The notes beneath the pieces are model-generated. The model was given only the letters and a program-made list of their open reading frames with translations. It searched no databases and was not told the origin of the DNA. The position numbers and the translations under genes were made by a program. A stretch of DNA of 50,439 bases from Girardia tigrina (taxonomy: Eukaryota), in assembly GCA_001938485.1 (NCBI GenBank), contig MQRK01249570.1, positions 1 to 50,439 of the forward strand, written 5' to 3'. This document shows, in pieces, positions 49,463 to 50,439 of this stretch. The stretch's first letter is position 1. Each line of letters starts with the position of its first letter.

Positions 49463-50402
49463 GGACTGAGTTCGAAAAATATTACTAACTTTAAATCTCA
49501 ATAACTCCAACATAAATTCACAAACTACAAAAAATTAATAAAGTAAGCTGTTGTTTGAATACATCAAAATAAAATTCATTTTGATATTGATTTTTAAATT
49601 TCATTTTTCATGAATATTTCGTCACAAGCGGATAGTCACGAATTAATTATTCGTTTACTTCAAGAAAATACACAATCAAGTCAGAAAAGCAAAGATTTGT
49701 CAGGAAACAGTTTCTGGCATTATTAAAAACTTCAATGAGAACTTGAACGTTTTTTGAAAAATTGACTCGGGAAGAAGAAAGGGTTTTTCGTATACACAGA
49801 GTATTAAGAAATTTAAGGCTTTGTTAGAGAGAAATCCTCATCTATTAAATCAAAAACTGGCGGTAAATGCACATTGCCGCTAGAAAGCAGTTCGGAAAAT
49901 TAAACAGTCTGTGGGTTTAAAAACGTATAAAATTCAAACAGTACCAGATCGAAACGCTAACAAGAACGTAAAGGTGCAGCAACGAGCCTGAAAGTTGAAA
50001 TCTCGTTTTCTTGAGAAGATAAAATGTTGCATTATGGATGATGAGACTTATGTGCTCTGCGAGTTTTCCCAGCTACCCGGGACAAGAATTTTACTCTGCA
50101 ACTAAGAGAGGAGGAGTTGAAGAAAAATTTAGAAGCAAGAAAAATCTAAATTTCCCTAAAAAATTCTGGTTTGGCAGATTATATGAGGATGCGGGAGAAG
50201 GAGTAAATGCTTTGTCACATCAGGCACAAAATACTCAGAAGTTTACGTGAAGGAGTGCTTGCATAACTACAATTACATGTCTAATGTCAGGCATACCGGA
50301 ATACTTCACAGAATTTATTAAAAAAAAATATGTCTTAGCTTACTAAAATTATTTTGAATTAAACACATTTTTCAAAACAGTCGATATTTTTCAATCAATT
50401 TA
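49463..50402 (+). mobile_element. Degenerate IS630-Tc1-mariner element, ITmD37E-like
   Basis: CCIMDDETYV, QLPGQEFY, KFPKK-like, FLVWQ and VYVKECL segments across frameshifts; weak terminal inverted similarity (GAAAAATAT core); TA-rich flanks. Confidence 0.75.

Positions 50403-50439
<37 letters not shown>

Overview
Very AT-rich eukaryotic (animal) scaffold with four N gaps; the composition and repeat content are most like a planarian or similar invertebrate (inference). Most of the window is intron of one minus-strand gene for an unrecognised multi-pass membrane protein. It has three phase-consistent GT-AG exons (48151-46954, 27716-27347, 18411-17935) and a probable last exon at 10137; the 5' exons are not identified and probably lie outside the window. 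The introns hold many decayed transposons: several mariner lineages, Tc1, an ITmD37E-like element, an RTE LINE 3' end, MITEs, a Helentron-like element and about ten solo-LTR-like elements with 4-6 bp target-site duplications (TSDs). The most unusual signal is a set of 0.5-1.4 kb LTR-like elements with a GC-rich TG terminus. Two share a ~63-nt terminal motif, and at least three appear to carry mutually similar small ORFs of no recognisable family, all reading toward that terminus. Also notable are a 219-bp copy of local intron DNA inserted into a mariner with a 7-bp TSD and a ~270-nt strongly base-paired segment near 49 kb. All calls come from manual reading, with no database searches.
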